Part shown: positions 12,602 through 26,762 of the stretch, piece by piece
How positions within the stretch are numbered: position 1 is the stretch's first letter
Layout of the letters: every line of letters starts with the position of its first letter
Assembly: GCF_003334335.1 (NCBI RefSeq)
Contig: NZ_QOWQ01000002.1
DNA length: 64,000 nt
Origin: Escherichia coli
Lineage (GTDB): Bacteria; Pseudomonadota; Gammaproteobacteria; Enterobacterales; Enterobacteriaceae
Reading direction: 5' to 3' (one strand)
Made by a program: the position numbers and the translations under genes
Notes under the pieces: generated by a model
Database searches by the model: none
Seen by the model: only the letters and a program-made list of their open reading frames with translations
What the model was told of the DNA's origin: nothing

Positions 12602-13804
12602 ATGTTAAAAGTGGAAATGTTATCCACCGGGGATGAAGTGTTACACGGGCAAATCGTTGACACTAACGCTGCCTGGCTGGCCGATTTTTTCTTTCATCAG
12701 GGGTTGCCATTATCTCGCCGCAATACGGTGGGGGATAACCTTGATGACTTAGTCACCATTCTTCGCGAACGTAGTCAGCACGCCGATGTGCTGATCGTTA
12801 ACGGCGGGCTGGGACCGACCAGCGATGATTTAAGCGCACTCGCCGCTGCGACAGCAAAAGGTGAAGGCCTGGTGCTGCATGAAGCCTGGCTCAAAGAGAT
12901 GGAACGCTATTTCCACGAACGTGGACGAGTAATGGCACCGAGCAACCGTAAACAAGCGGAGCTGCCTGCCAGTGCTGAATTTATCAATAACCCGGTAGGC
13001 ACCGCCTGTGGTTTTGCCGTGCAGCTTAATCGTTGCCTGATGTTCTTTACTCCCGGCGTACCGTCAGAATTTAAGGTGATGGTCGAGCACGAAATCCTGC
13101 CGCGCCTGCGCGAGCGTTTTTCTTTACCGCAGCCGCCGGTTTGTCTGCGTTTGACTACTTTTGGTCGTTCGGAAAGCGATCTGGCACAAAGCCTGGACAC
13201 TCTACAACTGCCGCCGGGCGTAACAATGGGCTATCGCTCCTCAATGCCTATCATCGAACTGAAACTCACCGGACCGGCAAGCGAGCAACAGGCGATGGAA
13301 AAACTGTGGCTGGATGTTAAACGTGTTGCCGGACAGAGCGTGATTTTCGAAGGCACTGAAGGACTGCCCGCGCAGATCAGTCGCGAATTGCAAAACCGCC
13401 AGTTCAGCCTGACGTTGAGCGAGCAATTCACCGGTGGTTTATTGGCTTTGCAACTTTCTCGCGCAGGTGCTCCATTGCTGGCGTGTGAAGTGGTTCCTTC
13501 ACAGGAGGAAACCCTGGCGCAAACTGCGCACTGGATTACAGAACGGCGGGCCAACCATTTTGCCGGGCTGGCACTGGCTGTTTCGGGTTTCGAGAACGAG
13601 CATCTCAACTTTGCGCTAGCCACGCCAGACGGCACTTTCGCTCTGCGTGTGCGTTTCAGCACTACGCGCTACAGCCTGGCTATCCGTCAGGAAGTGTGCG
13701 CAATGATGGCACTGAATATGCTGCGCCGTTGGTTAAACGGCCAGGATATCGCCAGTGAGCATGGCTGGATTGAGGTTGTTGAGTCCATGACCTTATCTGT
13801 CTGA
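12602..13804 (+). CDS. yfaY: CinA-like competence/damage-inducible protein (MoCF-binding / NMN-deamidase family)
   Basis: 400-aa ORF recognised as YfaY, CinA family. Confidence 0.88.
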   Translation: MLKVEMLSTGDEVLHGQIVDTNAAWLADFFFHQGLPLSRRNTVGDNLDDLVTILRERSQHADVLIVNGGLGPTSDDLSALAAATAKGEGLVLHEAWLKEMERYFHERGRVMAPSNRKQAELPASAEFINNPVGTACGFAVQLNRCLMFFTPGVPSEFKVMVEHEILPRLRERFSLPQPPVCLRLTTFGRSESDLAQSLDTLQLPPGVTMGYRSSMPIIELKLTGPASEQQAMEKLWLDVKRVAGQSVIFEGTEGLPAQISRELQNRQFSLTLSEQFTGGLLALQLSRAGAPLLACEVVPSQEETLAQTAHWITERRANHFAGLALAVSGFENEHLNFALATPDGTFALRVRFSTTRYSLAIRQEVCAMMALNMLRRWLNGQDIASEHGWIEVVESMTLSV

Positions 13805-14023
13805 TTCCGCCACTCTGTGCCGGTTTACTGCACCGGCACATTCCCCCTCCGGCAAAATTTGTCCAACCTGTTGTACTCAATAAGAAAAAATCCGTGCGCT
13901 GATTCACAAATTTGTGCGTAATTTCTCCAGTCTGCTGGACGAGGAGCGGGATTTGATGCGCTTCACAATTTTACTCCCCCTGAGCAACGAGACTGATTCC
14001 AGTATCTAAGACTGGAGTCCAGT

Positions 14024-14806
14024 ATGTTGGAATCAAGCAAAGTTCCCGCCCTGACACGGGCTATTGATATTCTCAATTTGATTGCCCGCATTGGCCCCTG
14101 TAGTGCTGCGACGATCATTGACACATTGGGAATCCCTAAAAGCACGGCCTATTTGCTGCTTAATGAACTCAGGCGTCAGCGTTTTCTTAGCCTTGATCAC
14201 CAGGAAAATTTTTGTTTGTGGACCAGGCTGGTGGAGCTTTCCGGTCATGCGTTAAGCAAGATGGATCTCCGGGAACTGGCTCGACCGCGTTTGACGCAAC
14301 TGATGGATACCACCGGGCTGTTATGTCACCTGGGGATTATTGATAACGGCAGCGCTTATTACATTTTGAAAGTGGAGTCATCAGCCACTATCAGCGTGCG
14401 TTCCCATGAAGGAAAAAGCCTTTCGCTTTATCGCTCCGGAATAGGTAAATGCCTGCTTGCCTGGCAACCTGCAGCGGTACAGCAAAGTATTATCGAAGGG
14501 CTGGTCTGGGAGCAGGCGACACCCACAACGATTACTCATCCACAGCAACTTCACGAAGAACTGGCGCGTATTCGCCGTCAGGGCTGGAGCTATGACAACG
14601 GCGAAGATTACGCCGATGTCCGTTGTGTCGCTGCGCCGGTGTTTAACGCCAATAACGAGCTTACCGCTGCGATCTCGGTGGTCGGTACCCGCTTACAAAT
14701 CAATGAAGAATACCGTGATTATCTGGCGGGCAAGGCCATTGCCTGCGCCAGGGATATTTCACGTCTGTTGGGATGGAAAAGTCCCTTTGACTTACAAGCC
14801 TCATAA
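14024..14806 (+). CDS. rhmR: IclR-family transcriptional regulator of L-rhamnonate utilisation
   Basis: 260-aa ORF with N-terminal HTH and IclR effector domain; heads the rhm operon. Confidence 0.9.
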
Positions 14807-14820
14807 CAATGGAGAACATC

Positions 14821-16026
14821 ATGACCCTACCAAAAATTAAACAGGTTCGCGCCTGGTTTACTGGCGGTGCGACAGCAGAAAAAGGCGCTGGCGGCGGTGA
14901 TTATCACGACCAGGGGGCGAATCACTGGATAGACGATCATATTGCCACCCCGATGAGTAAATACCGCGATTACGAGCAGTCACGCCAGTCATTTGGCATT
15001 AACGTTCTTGGCACGTTGGTTGTTGAAGTCGAAGCAGAAAACGGCCAGACCGGATTCGCCGTTTCGACAGCCGGTGAAATGGGCTGTTTTATTGTCGAAA
15101 AACATCTTAACCGTTTCATTGAGGGTAAATGTGTCAGTGATATCAAACTGATCCACGATCAAATGCTCAGTGCCACCCTGTATTACTCCGGCTCTGGTGG
15201 CCTGGTGATGAATACGATTTCTTGTGTCGATCTGGCTCTGTGGGATCTGTTCGGCAAAGTGGTCGGGCTTCCGGTTTATAAACTTTTAGGCGGCGCTGTT
15301 CGTGATGAGATTCAGTTCTACGCCACAGGTGCGCGTCCGGATCTGGCAAAAGAGATGGGCTTTATCGGTGGCAAAATGCCGACGCACTGGGGGCCACATG
15401 ATGGCGATGCGGGGATCCGCAAAGATGCCGCTATGGTCGCGGATATGCGTGAAAAATGCGGTGAGGATTTCTGGTTAATGCTCGACTGCTGGATGAGTCA
15501 GGACGTGAACTATGCGACCAAACTGGCCCACGCTTGCGCGCCCTATAACCTGAAATGGATCGAAGAGTGCCTGCCGCCACAGCAGTATGAAAGTTATCGC
15601 GAACTGAAACGCAACGCGCCAGTCGGAATGATGGTCACCAGCGGTGAGCACCACGGCACACTGCAATCTTTTCGTACGCTTTCAGAAACCGGTATCGACA
15701 TTATGCAGCCGGATGTTGGCTGGTGCGGTGGTTTAACCACGCTGGTGGAAATTGCCGCAATCGCCAAATCCAGGGGGCAACTGGTGGTGCCGCACGGTTC
15801 GTCTGTTTACTCTCACCATGCGGTGATCACCTTCACCAATACGCCATTCAGCGAATTCCTGATGACCAGCCCGGATTGTTCAACGATGCGTCCGCAGTTT
15901 GACCCGATTCTGCTCAATGAGCCGGTTCCGGTGAATGGTCGTATTCATAAATCAGTGCTTGATAAACCCGGTTTTGGCGTCGAACTCAATCGTGACTGCA
16001 ATTTGAAACGCCCCTACAGCCACTAA
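14821..16026 (+). CDS. rhmD: L-rhamnonate dehydratase
   Basis: Enolase-superfamily ORF; start set at the second ATG (MTLPKIKQV...), which is preceded by GGAG; the six-frame ORF starts at 14809. Confidence 0.9.
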
Positions 16027-16082
16027 TCACTCCGGGCGTTGCTGTGACAACGGTAACGCCCACATATTCTAAGGAGCTTTTT

Positions 16083-17372
16083 ATGAGCACCGCTTTGCTT
16101 GACGCCGTGGTGAAGAAAAACCGTGTGCGTTTAATTCCGTTTATGTTGGCGCTGTATGTGCTGGCGTTTCTCGACCGTTCGAATATCGGTTTTGCCAAAC
16201 AGACCTACCAGATTGATACCGGGTTGAGTAATGAAGCTTATGCGCTGGGAGCAGGCATTTTCTTTGTGGTATATGCGTTTCTGGGTGTTCCGGCGAATCT
16301 TTTGATGCGCAAACTGGGGGCCAGAACCTGGATTGGTACGACAACACTGCTGTGGGGATTTCTTTCGGCAGCCATGGCATGGGCCGATACTGAAGCGAAA
16401 TTTCTGATAGTTCGCACTCTGCTTGGTGCTGCGGAGGCCGGATTTTTCCCTGGTATGATTTATCTCACCTCGCAATGGTTTCCGCAGCGTAATCGCGCCA
16501 GCATTATGGGGCTGTTCTATATGGGCGCACCGCTGGCGTTAACACTGGGATCACCGCTTTCCGGCGCGCTGTTGGAGATGCATGGATTTATGGGGCATCC
16601 CGGCTGGTTCTGGATGTTTGTGATTGAAGGATTGTTGGCAGTCGGTGCTGGGGTATTCACATTCTTTTGGCTTGATGACACACCGGAGCAGGCACGTTTT
16701 CTGAGTAAACAAGAAAAAACGTTGCTTATCAATCAACTGGCAAGTGAAGAACAACAGAAAGTGACTTCTCGGCTGAGCGATGCGCTGCGTAATGGCCGAG
16801 TCTGGCAACTAGCGATTATCTACCTGACCATTCAGGTGGCGGTTTACGGATTAATTTTCTTCCTGCCGACCCAGGTTGCGGCATTGCTGGGAACAAAAGT
16901 GGGCTTTACAGCGTCGGTGGTCACCGCCATTCCGTGGGTTGCGGCCTTGTTTGGGACCTGGCTTATTCCGCGCTATTCCGATAAAACCGGCGAACGGCGT
17001 AATGTCGCAGCGCTGACATTACTGGCGGCGGGCATTGGTATTGGTCTGTCCGGGCTGCTTTCTCCAGTAATGGCGATCGTAGCGCTGTGTGTTGCAGCTA
17101 TCGGGTTTATTGCCGTGCAGCCAGTGTTCTGGACGATGCCGACACAACTGCTTTCCGGTACGGCGCTGGCTGCGGGAATTGGTTTTGTAAACCTGTTTGG
17201 TGCAGTGGGCGGGTTTATTGCCCCGATCCTGCGCGTGAAAGCAGAAACGTTATTTGCCAGCGATGCGGCGGGATTACTGACGCTGGCAGCGGTGGCGGTC
17301 ATCGGTTCGCTGATTATTTTCACTCTGCGTGTAAATCGCACTGTTGCGCAGACCGACGTGGCACATCATTAA
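16083..17372 (+). CDS. rhmT: MFS transporter (L-rhamnonate)
   Basis: 12-TM MFS ORF; start set at [10 protein letters not shown] (ATG 16083, preceded by AAGGAG at 16071); the six-frame ORF starts at 16044. Confidence 0.88.
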
Positions 17373-17389
17373 ATAGGTTAAGGAACACG

Positions 17390-18193
17390 ATGAACGCATT
17401 ATTAAGCAATCCCTTTAAAGAACGTTTACGCAAGGGCGAAGTGCAAATTGGTCTGTGGTTAAGCTCAACGACTGCCTATATGGCAGAAATTGCCGCCACT
17501 TCTGGTTATGACTGGTTGCTGATTGACGGGGAGCACGCGCCAAACACCATTCAGGATCTTTATCATCAGCTACAGGCGGTAGCGCCCTATGCCAGCCAAC
17601 CCGTGATCCGTCCGGTGGAAGGCAGTAAACCGCTGATTAAACAAGTCCTGGATATTGGCGCGCAAACTCTACTGATCCCGATGGTCGATACTGCCGAACA
17701 GGCACGTCAGGTGGTGTCTGCCACGCGCTATCCTCCCTACGGTGAGCGTGGTGTCGGGGCCAGTGTGGCACGGGCTGCGCGCTGGGGACGCATTGAGAAT
17801 TACATGGCGCAAGTTAACGATTCGCTTTGTCTGTTGGTGCAGGTGGAAAGTAAAACGGCACTGGATAACCTGGACGAAATCCTCGACGTCGAAGGGATTG
17901 ATGGCGTGTTTATTGGACCTGCGGATCTTTCTGCGTCGTTGGGCTACCCGGATAACGCCGGGCACCCGGAAGTGCAGCGAATTATTGAAACCAGTATTCG
18001 GCGGATCCGTGCTGCGGGTAAAGCGGCTGGTTTTCTGGCTGTGGCTCCTGATATGGCGCAGCAATGCCTGGCGTGGGGAGCGAACTTTGTCGCTGTTGGC
18101 GTTGACACGATGCTCTACAGCGATGCCCTGGATCAACGACTGGCGATGTTTAAATCAGGCAAAAATGGGCCACGCATAAAAGGTAGTTATTGA
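17390..18193 (+). CDS. rhmA: 2-keto-3-deoxy-L-rhamnonate aldolase
   Basis: HpcH/HpaI aldolase-family protein starting [21 protein letters not shown] (267 aa); the 368-aa six-frame ORF is an upstream extension overlapping rhmT. Confidence 0.9.
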
Positions 18194-18233
18194 TATCAAA
18201 GGCCCATGGGGATCGGCTGTGGGCCTGTGTTAA

Positions 18234-18419
18234 TTAGTGGTTATTCGCTGCCAGATCGGCTTCGCTTAGCTGGGTGGCCGCGAGCACCTGGTCACGATCA
18301 AAGCCCTGTTCCAGCATGCGCAAAGCAATTTTAATGGCTTGTTCATGCAAACCTTCTAATTTACCTTCCTGCCAGCCAATTTGATGTCCTTCCTGCCGCA
18401 GCCGTTCAGCAATAGTCAT
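18234..18419 (-). CDS. ypaA: Small protein YpaA, a diverged duplicate of the RpnE C-terminal domain
   Basis: 61-aa [64 protein letters not shown], near-identical to the last 56 aa of the upstream 299-aa ORF; same ribosome-binding site (AAAAGGAGAGATTAATG). Confidence 0.8.
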   Translation of the reverse strand: MTIAERLRQEGHQIGWQEGKLEGLHEQAIKIALRMLEQGFDRDQVLAATQLSEADLAANNH

Positions 18420-18431
18420 TAATCTCTCCTT

Positions 18432-18602
18432 TTAATGACAGTTCGGAATATCAGCATCAGTGAGTTGGGTTGTCGCCAGCACAATCTCACGTTCAAAGCC
18501 CTGCTCCAGCATGCGCAAAGCAATTTTAATGGCTTGTTCATGCATACCTTCCTGCCAGCCAATTTGATGCCCTTCCTGCCGTAGCCGTTCAGCAATAGTC
18601 AT
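18432..18602 (-). CDS. Predicted internal in-frame small ORF within rpnE (RpnS-like C-terminal domain, 56 aa)
   Basis: Internal ATG at 18600-18602 preceded by GGAGAG (AAAAGGAGAGATTAATG), the same sequence as the ypaA start region. Confidence 0.45.
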   Translation of the reverse strand: MTIAERLRQEGHQIGWQEGMHEQAIKIALRMLEQGFEREIVLATTQLTDADIPNCH

Positions 18603-19331
18603 TAATCTCTCCTTTTGTAGTGGTGAACGTTCGGCAATCTCCTCAATAAAACGGGTGAAACGGGAGGTATCGCCGCATTGCAGCAGATAATTAAACAGTG
18701 TTTGTAGCTGGCTGTCATTAGTGAAGCCTCTAACCAAAAGCGTGGTGATCCTGTCGACCATGCCGATTAAATCGCGGTCGCGAATATGCTTTTGAATCAG
18801 TTCCAGCAGAGCTATACGCCGATGTTGCATGATCTCATCGTCAGGTACGATGGTGATATCCACCAACGGAAAAGCTTCGGTGTACAACTGCCGGGCAAGT
18901 TGCGGATCGTCAAACTCATCCAGCCAGTTGAGTGAGTACGGGTAAGGCGAGGTTTCGCCATGATAAAACAGCAACGGCACCACCAGCGGGACTCTGTCAT
19001 AGCCTTTGTCCAGGTGACGCTGCATGGCGGCAGTGGCATAGCGCATTAGCCGAAAAGCCATATTCTTTTCTGCAGAGCTTTGATGTTCAATCACGCAGTA
19101 GATATAGCCGTCACCGTCGCTGGTTTCCACGGACCACAAAACATCCGAGTAGTAAGCGCGTAAACTTTTTTCAATAAAACTAGTGGGTTCCAGGCGTAAG
19201 GTTTGCAGGTTGCAAAGCTTGCGCAGTGGTTCTGGTAAATGTATTTCGAGAAAATCCCGTGCGGTTTCGGGTGTGAACATAAAGGTTTTAAATACCGCAT
19301 CATGCGGGGAGGAGGTTGTTGATTCGGTCAT
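18432..19331 (-). CDS. rpnE: Rpn-family recombination-promoting PD-(D/E)XK nuclease (YhgA-like, transposase_31 family)
   Basis: 299-aa ORF recognised as YfaD/RpnE. Confidence 0.88.
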   Translation of the reverse strand: MTESTTSSPHDAVFKTFMFTPETARDFLEIHLPEPLRKLCNLQTLRLEPTSFIEKSLRAYYSDVLWSVETSDGDGYIYCVIEHQSSAEKNMAFRLMRYATAAMQRHLDKGYDRVPLVVPLLFYHGETSPYPYSLNWLDEFDDPQLARQLYTEAFPLVDITIVPDDEIMQHRRIALLELIQKHIRDRDLIGMVDRITTLLVRGFTNDSQLQTLFNYLLQCGDTSRFTRFIEEIAERSPLQKERLMTIAERLRQEGHQIGWQEGMHEQAIKIALRMLEQGFEREIVLATTQLTDADIPNCH

Positions 19332-19479
19332 GGTTGTCCGTCACCTGATATTTATGATGACGCGACATTACGGTTATCCCAGGCCTTTGACATCTGCCAG
19401 TTTCAGCCTTTGCGAGACGTTTTCAGAGGAATTTTCACTGCGTTGCAACGCATACATTGGGCACGGAATCGTGTACGCA

Positions 19480-19511
19480 AAAATGCCCGGTAACCACATG
19501 CTTACCGGGCA
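19480..19511 (-). terminator. Rho-independent terminator downstream of glpC
   Basis: Minus-strand hairpin GCCCGGTAA-(loop)-TTACCGGGC followed by a T-run, directly after the glpC stop. Confidence 0.7.
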
Positions 19512-19523
19512 TCAGAAAGGAGT

Positions 19524-23588
<4,065 letters not shown>

Positions 23589-23733
23589 TGTTATCCCTCT
23601 GAAGTTCGTTTTTTACCATTTAGCCATAGTAAAAACATGAATTGTTTGATTTCGCGCATATTCGCTCATAATTCGAAAGTGAAGCGTGATTTCATGCGTC
23701 ATTTTGAACATTTTGTAAATCTTATTTAATAAT

Positions 23734-23749
23734 GTGTGCGGCAATTCAC
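23734..23749. promoter_or_regulatory. CRP-binding site (TGTGcggcaatTCACA) in the glpT/glpA divergent control region
   Basis: Near-perfect match to the TGTGA-N6-TCACA consensus between the divergent glpA and glpT starts. Confidence 0.7.
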
Positions 23750-23860
23750 ATTTAATTTATGAATGTTTTCTTAACATCGCGGCAACTCAAGAAACGGCAG
23801 GTTCTCTCACTGAATCAGGCTGTTAATCATAAATAAGACCACGGGCCACGGAGGCTATCA

Positions 23861-25219
23861 ATGTTGAGTATTTTTAAACCAGCGCCACACAAAGCGCGCT
23901 TACCTGCCGCGGAGATCGATCCGACTTATCGTCGATTGCGCTGGCAAATTTTCCTGGGGATATTCTTTGGCTATGCGGCTTACTATTTGGTTCGTAAGAA
24001 CTTTGCGCTTGCTATGCCTTATCTGGTTGAGCAGGGATTCTCACGCGGTGATTTAGGTTTTGCCCTTTCGGGGATCTCGATTGCTTATGGATTTTCGAAA
24101 TTCATCATGGGTTCGGTATCGGATCGCTCGAATCCGCGCGTTTTCCTGCCCGCAGGTTTGATTCTGGCGGCGGCAGTGATGTTGTTTATGGGCTTTGTGC
24201 CATGGGCGACGTCGAGCATTGCGGTGATGTTTGTACTGTTGTTCCTCTGCGGTTGGTTCCAGGGGATGGGGTGGCCGCCGTGTGGTCGTACTATGGTGCA
24301 CTGGTGGTCGCAGAAAGAACGTGGCGGCATTGTGTCAGTGTGGAACTGTGCGCACAACGTCGGTGGTGGTATTCCGCCGCTGCTGTTCCTGCTGGGGATG
24401 GCCTGGTTCAATGACTGGCATGCGGCGCTCTATATGCCTGCTTTCTGCGCCATTCTGGTGGCATTATTCGCCTTTGCGATGATGCGCGATACCCCGCAAT
24501 CCTGTGGCTTGCCGCCGATCGAAGAGTACAAAAATGATTATCCGGACGACTATAACGAAAAAGCGGAACAGGAGCTGACGGCGAAGCAAATCTTCATGCA
24601 GTACGTACTGCCGAACAAACTGCTGTGGTATATCGCCATCGCCAACGTGTTCGTTTATCTGCTGCGTTACGGCATCCTCGACTGGTCACCGACTTATCTG
24701 AAAGAGGTTAAGCATTTCGCGCTAGATAAATCCTCCTGGGCCTACTTCCTTTATGAATATGCAGGTATTCCGGGCACTCTGCTGTGCGGCTGGATGTCGG
24801 ATAAAGTCTTCCGTGGCAACCGTGGGGCAACCGGCGTTTTCTTTATGACACTGGTGACCATCGCGACTATCGTTTACTGGATGAACCCGGCAGGTAACCC
24901 AACCGTCGATATGATTTGTATGATTGTTATCGGCTTCCTGATCTACGGTCCTGTGATGCTGATCGGTCTGCATGCGCTGGAACTGGCACCGAAAAAAGCG
25001 GCAGGTACGGCAGCGGGCTTTACCGGGCTGTTTGGTTACCTGGGCGGTTCGGTGGCGGCGAGCGCGATTGTTGGCTACACCGTGGACTTCTTCGGCTGGG
25101 ATGGCGGCTTTATGGTAATGATTGGCGGCAGCATTCTGGCGGTTATCTTGTTGATTGTTGTGATGATTGGCGAAAAACGTCGCCATGAACAATTACTGCA
25201 AGAACGCAACGGAGGCTAA
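23861..25219 (+). CDS. glpT: Glycerol-3-phosphate:phosphate antiporter (MFS)
   Basis: 452-aa 12-TM ORF recognised as GlpT. Confidence 0.96.
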
Positions 25220-25223
25220 TGGC

Positions 25224-26300
25224 ATGAAATTGACGCTGAAAAACCTTAGCATGGCGATCATGATGAGCACTATAGTCATGGGAAGCAGTGCAATGGCGGC
25301 GGACAGCAACGAAAAAATAGTCATCGCCCATCGCGGTGCCAGTGGATATTTGCCGGAGCATACGCTGCCAGCAAAAGCGATGGCGTATGCGCAGGGAGCG
25401 GATTATCTGGAACAGGATTTGGTGATGACCAAAGACGACAATCTGGTTGTTCTGCATGACCATTACCTCGATCGTGTTACTGATGTTGCCGATCGTTTCC
25501 CGGATCGGGCGCGCAAAGACGGTCGTTACTACGCGATAGATTTCACGCTGGATGAAATTAAGTCGTTGAAATTTACCGAAGGTTTCGATATTGAAAACGG
25601 TAAAAAAGTGCAGACTTATCCGGGGCGTTTCCCAATGGGTAAGTCCGACTTCCGGGTGCACACCTTTGAAGAAGAGATTGAATTTGTTCAGGGGTTAAAT
25701 CACTCTACCGGGAAAAATATCGGTATTTATCCAGAAATCAAAGCGCCGTGGTTCCATCATCAGGAAGGGAAGGATATTGCGGCAAAAACGCTGGAAGTGC
25801 TGAAGAAATATGGTTACACCGGTAAAGACGATAAAGTTTATTTGCAATGTTTTGATGCTGATGAGCTGAAGCGTATTAAGAATGAGCTGGAACCCAAAAT
25901 GGGCATGGAGCTCAATCTGGTACAGCTGATTGCCTATACCGACTGGAATGAAACGCAGCAGAAACAGCCGGATGGAAGCTGGGTTAATTACAACTACGAC
26001 TGGATGTTTAAGCCGGGTGCCATGAAACAGGTGGCGGAATATGCAGATGGTATTGGTCCGGATTACCATATGTTGATTGAGGAGACATCGCAGCCGGGTA
26101 ATATCAAACTCACTGGCATGGTGCAAGATGCTCAGCAGAATAAACTGGTAGTGCATCCTTATACCGTGCGGTCAGATAAACTGCCTGAATACACTCCTGA
26201 TGTGAATCAGTTATATGATGCTCTGTATAACAAAGCGGGTGTAAATGGGCTGTTTACTGATTTCCCTGATAAGGCAGTAAAATTTCTTAATAAAGAGTAA
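25224..26300 (+). CDS. glpQ: Periplasmic glycerophosphodiester phosphodiesterase
   Basis: Start set at MKLTLKNLSMAIMMSTIVMGSSAMA (signal peptide), followed by HRGASGYLPEHT; 4 nt after the glpT stop. Confidence 0.94.
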   Translation: MKLTLKNLSMAIMMSTIVMGSSAMAADSNEKIVIAHRGASGYLPEHTLPAKAMAYAQGADYLEQDLVMTKDDNLVVLHDHYLDRVTDVADRFPDRARKDGRYYAIDFTLDEIKSLKFTEGFDIENGKKVQTYPGRFPMGKSDFRVHTFEEEIEFVQGLNHSTGKNIGIYPEIKAPWFHHQEGKDIAAKTLEVLKKYGYTGKDDKVYLQCFDADELKRIKNELEPKMGMELNLVQLIAYTDWNETQQKQPDGSWVNYNYDWMFKPGAMKQVAEYADGIGPDYHMLIEETSQPGNIKLTGMVQDAQQNKLVVHPYTVRSDKLPEYTPDVNQLYDALYNKAGVNGLFTDFPDKAVKFLNKE

Positions 26301-26308
26301 TGTTACTG

Positions 26309-26334
26309 CAGGATGGCGTTCATGCGCCATCCTG
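26309..26334 (+). terminator. Perfect 10-bp stem hairpin (CAGGATGGCG-ttcatg-CGCCATCCTG) downstream of glpQ
   Basis: Inverted repeat read directly; sits between glpQ and the convergent yfaH remnant; no strong T-run, so terminator function is uncertain. Confidence 0.45.
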
Positions 26335-26341
26335 TCTCATA

Positions 26342-26548
26342 TCAAATTTTTCCAATCGCCACTAATTGTTCCATGCACATTTGTAGTAAAAACAGTGGAC
26401 TGCCTTCTACCGGCTTTTCTTTAGCCAGCAACGAAATCTGTCGATAGAAAGTTGGTTCGAGAGGAACGGAACACAATTCACCTGCAATGCTTTTCAGCGT
26501 TAACTCTGGTTGTAAGGCGATGCCTAATCCCTGTCGAATAAAATTCAT
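26342..26548 (-). pseudogene. yfaH: LysR-family regulator remnant (C-terminal fragment only)
   Basis: 68-aa ORF resembling the C-terminal co-inducer domain of LysR-type regulators; no HTH-containing N-terminal portion upstream. Confidence 0.7.
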
Positions 26549-26762
26549 CGCTGTATCCGCCTGATTAAATTCACATTTTATCTGCTGGGCGCACTATTAG
26601 TGGTAGTGGCTGGTGGAATCTATGCGCTGCAAATGAAGGGTAAAAGCGGTGTCAAGCTAGTAGTGGCAAAAGAAATTCATTAATACGACACGTTTCATTA
26701 AGATTTTCCTCAGGTAACCACCTATAGTCATTGTCGTTAATAAAAATGACAGGCGATAGGGT

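Larger units (their letters stand above)
18234..18612. repeat. Tandem direct duplication of about 180 bp (rpnE 3' module and ypaA)
   Basis: 18301-18431 versus 18495-18612 are near-identical apart from a 12-nt indel and a few substitutions. Confidence 0.85.

Noticed and set aside
17087-18193. 368-aa six-frame ORF overlapping the 3' end of rhmT
   Set aside because: Only the last 267 codons (from ATG 17390, MNALLSNPF...) correspond to the aldolase; the upstream 101 codons overlap rhmT in another frame and are an open-frame artefact.
18432-19331. rpnE as a mobile element (transposase_31-like)
   Set aside because: No terminal inverted repeats, target-site duplication or integrase context; treated as a chromosomal nuclease gene rather than an IS.
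26549-26762. MarA/SoxS/Rob marbox upstream of inaA
   Set aside because: Expected for this gene, but I could not find a convincing match to the degenerate marbox consensus by eye.
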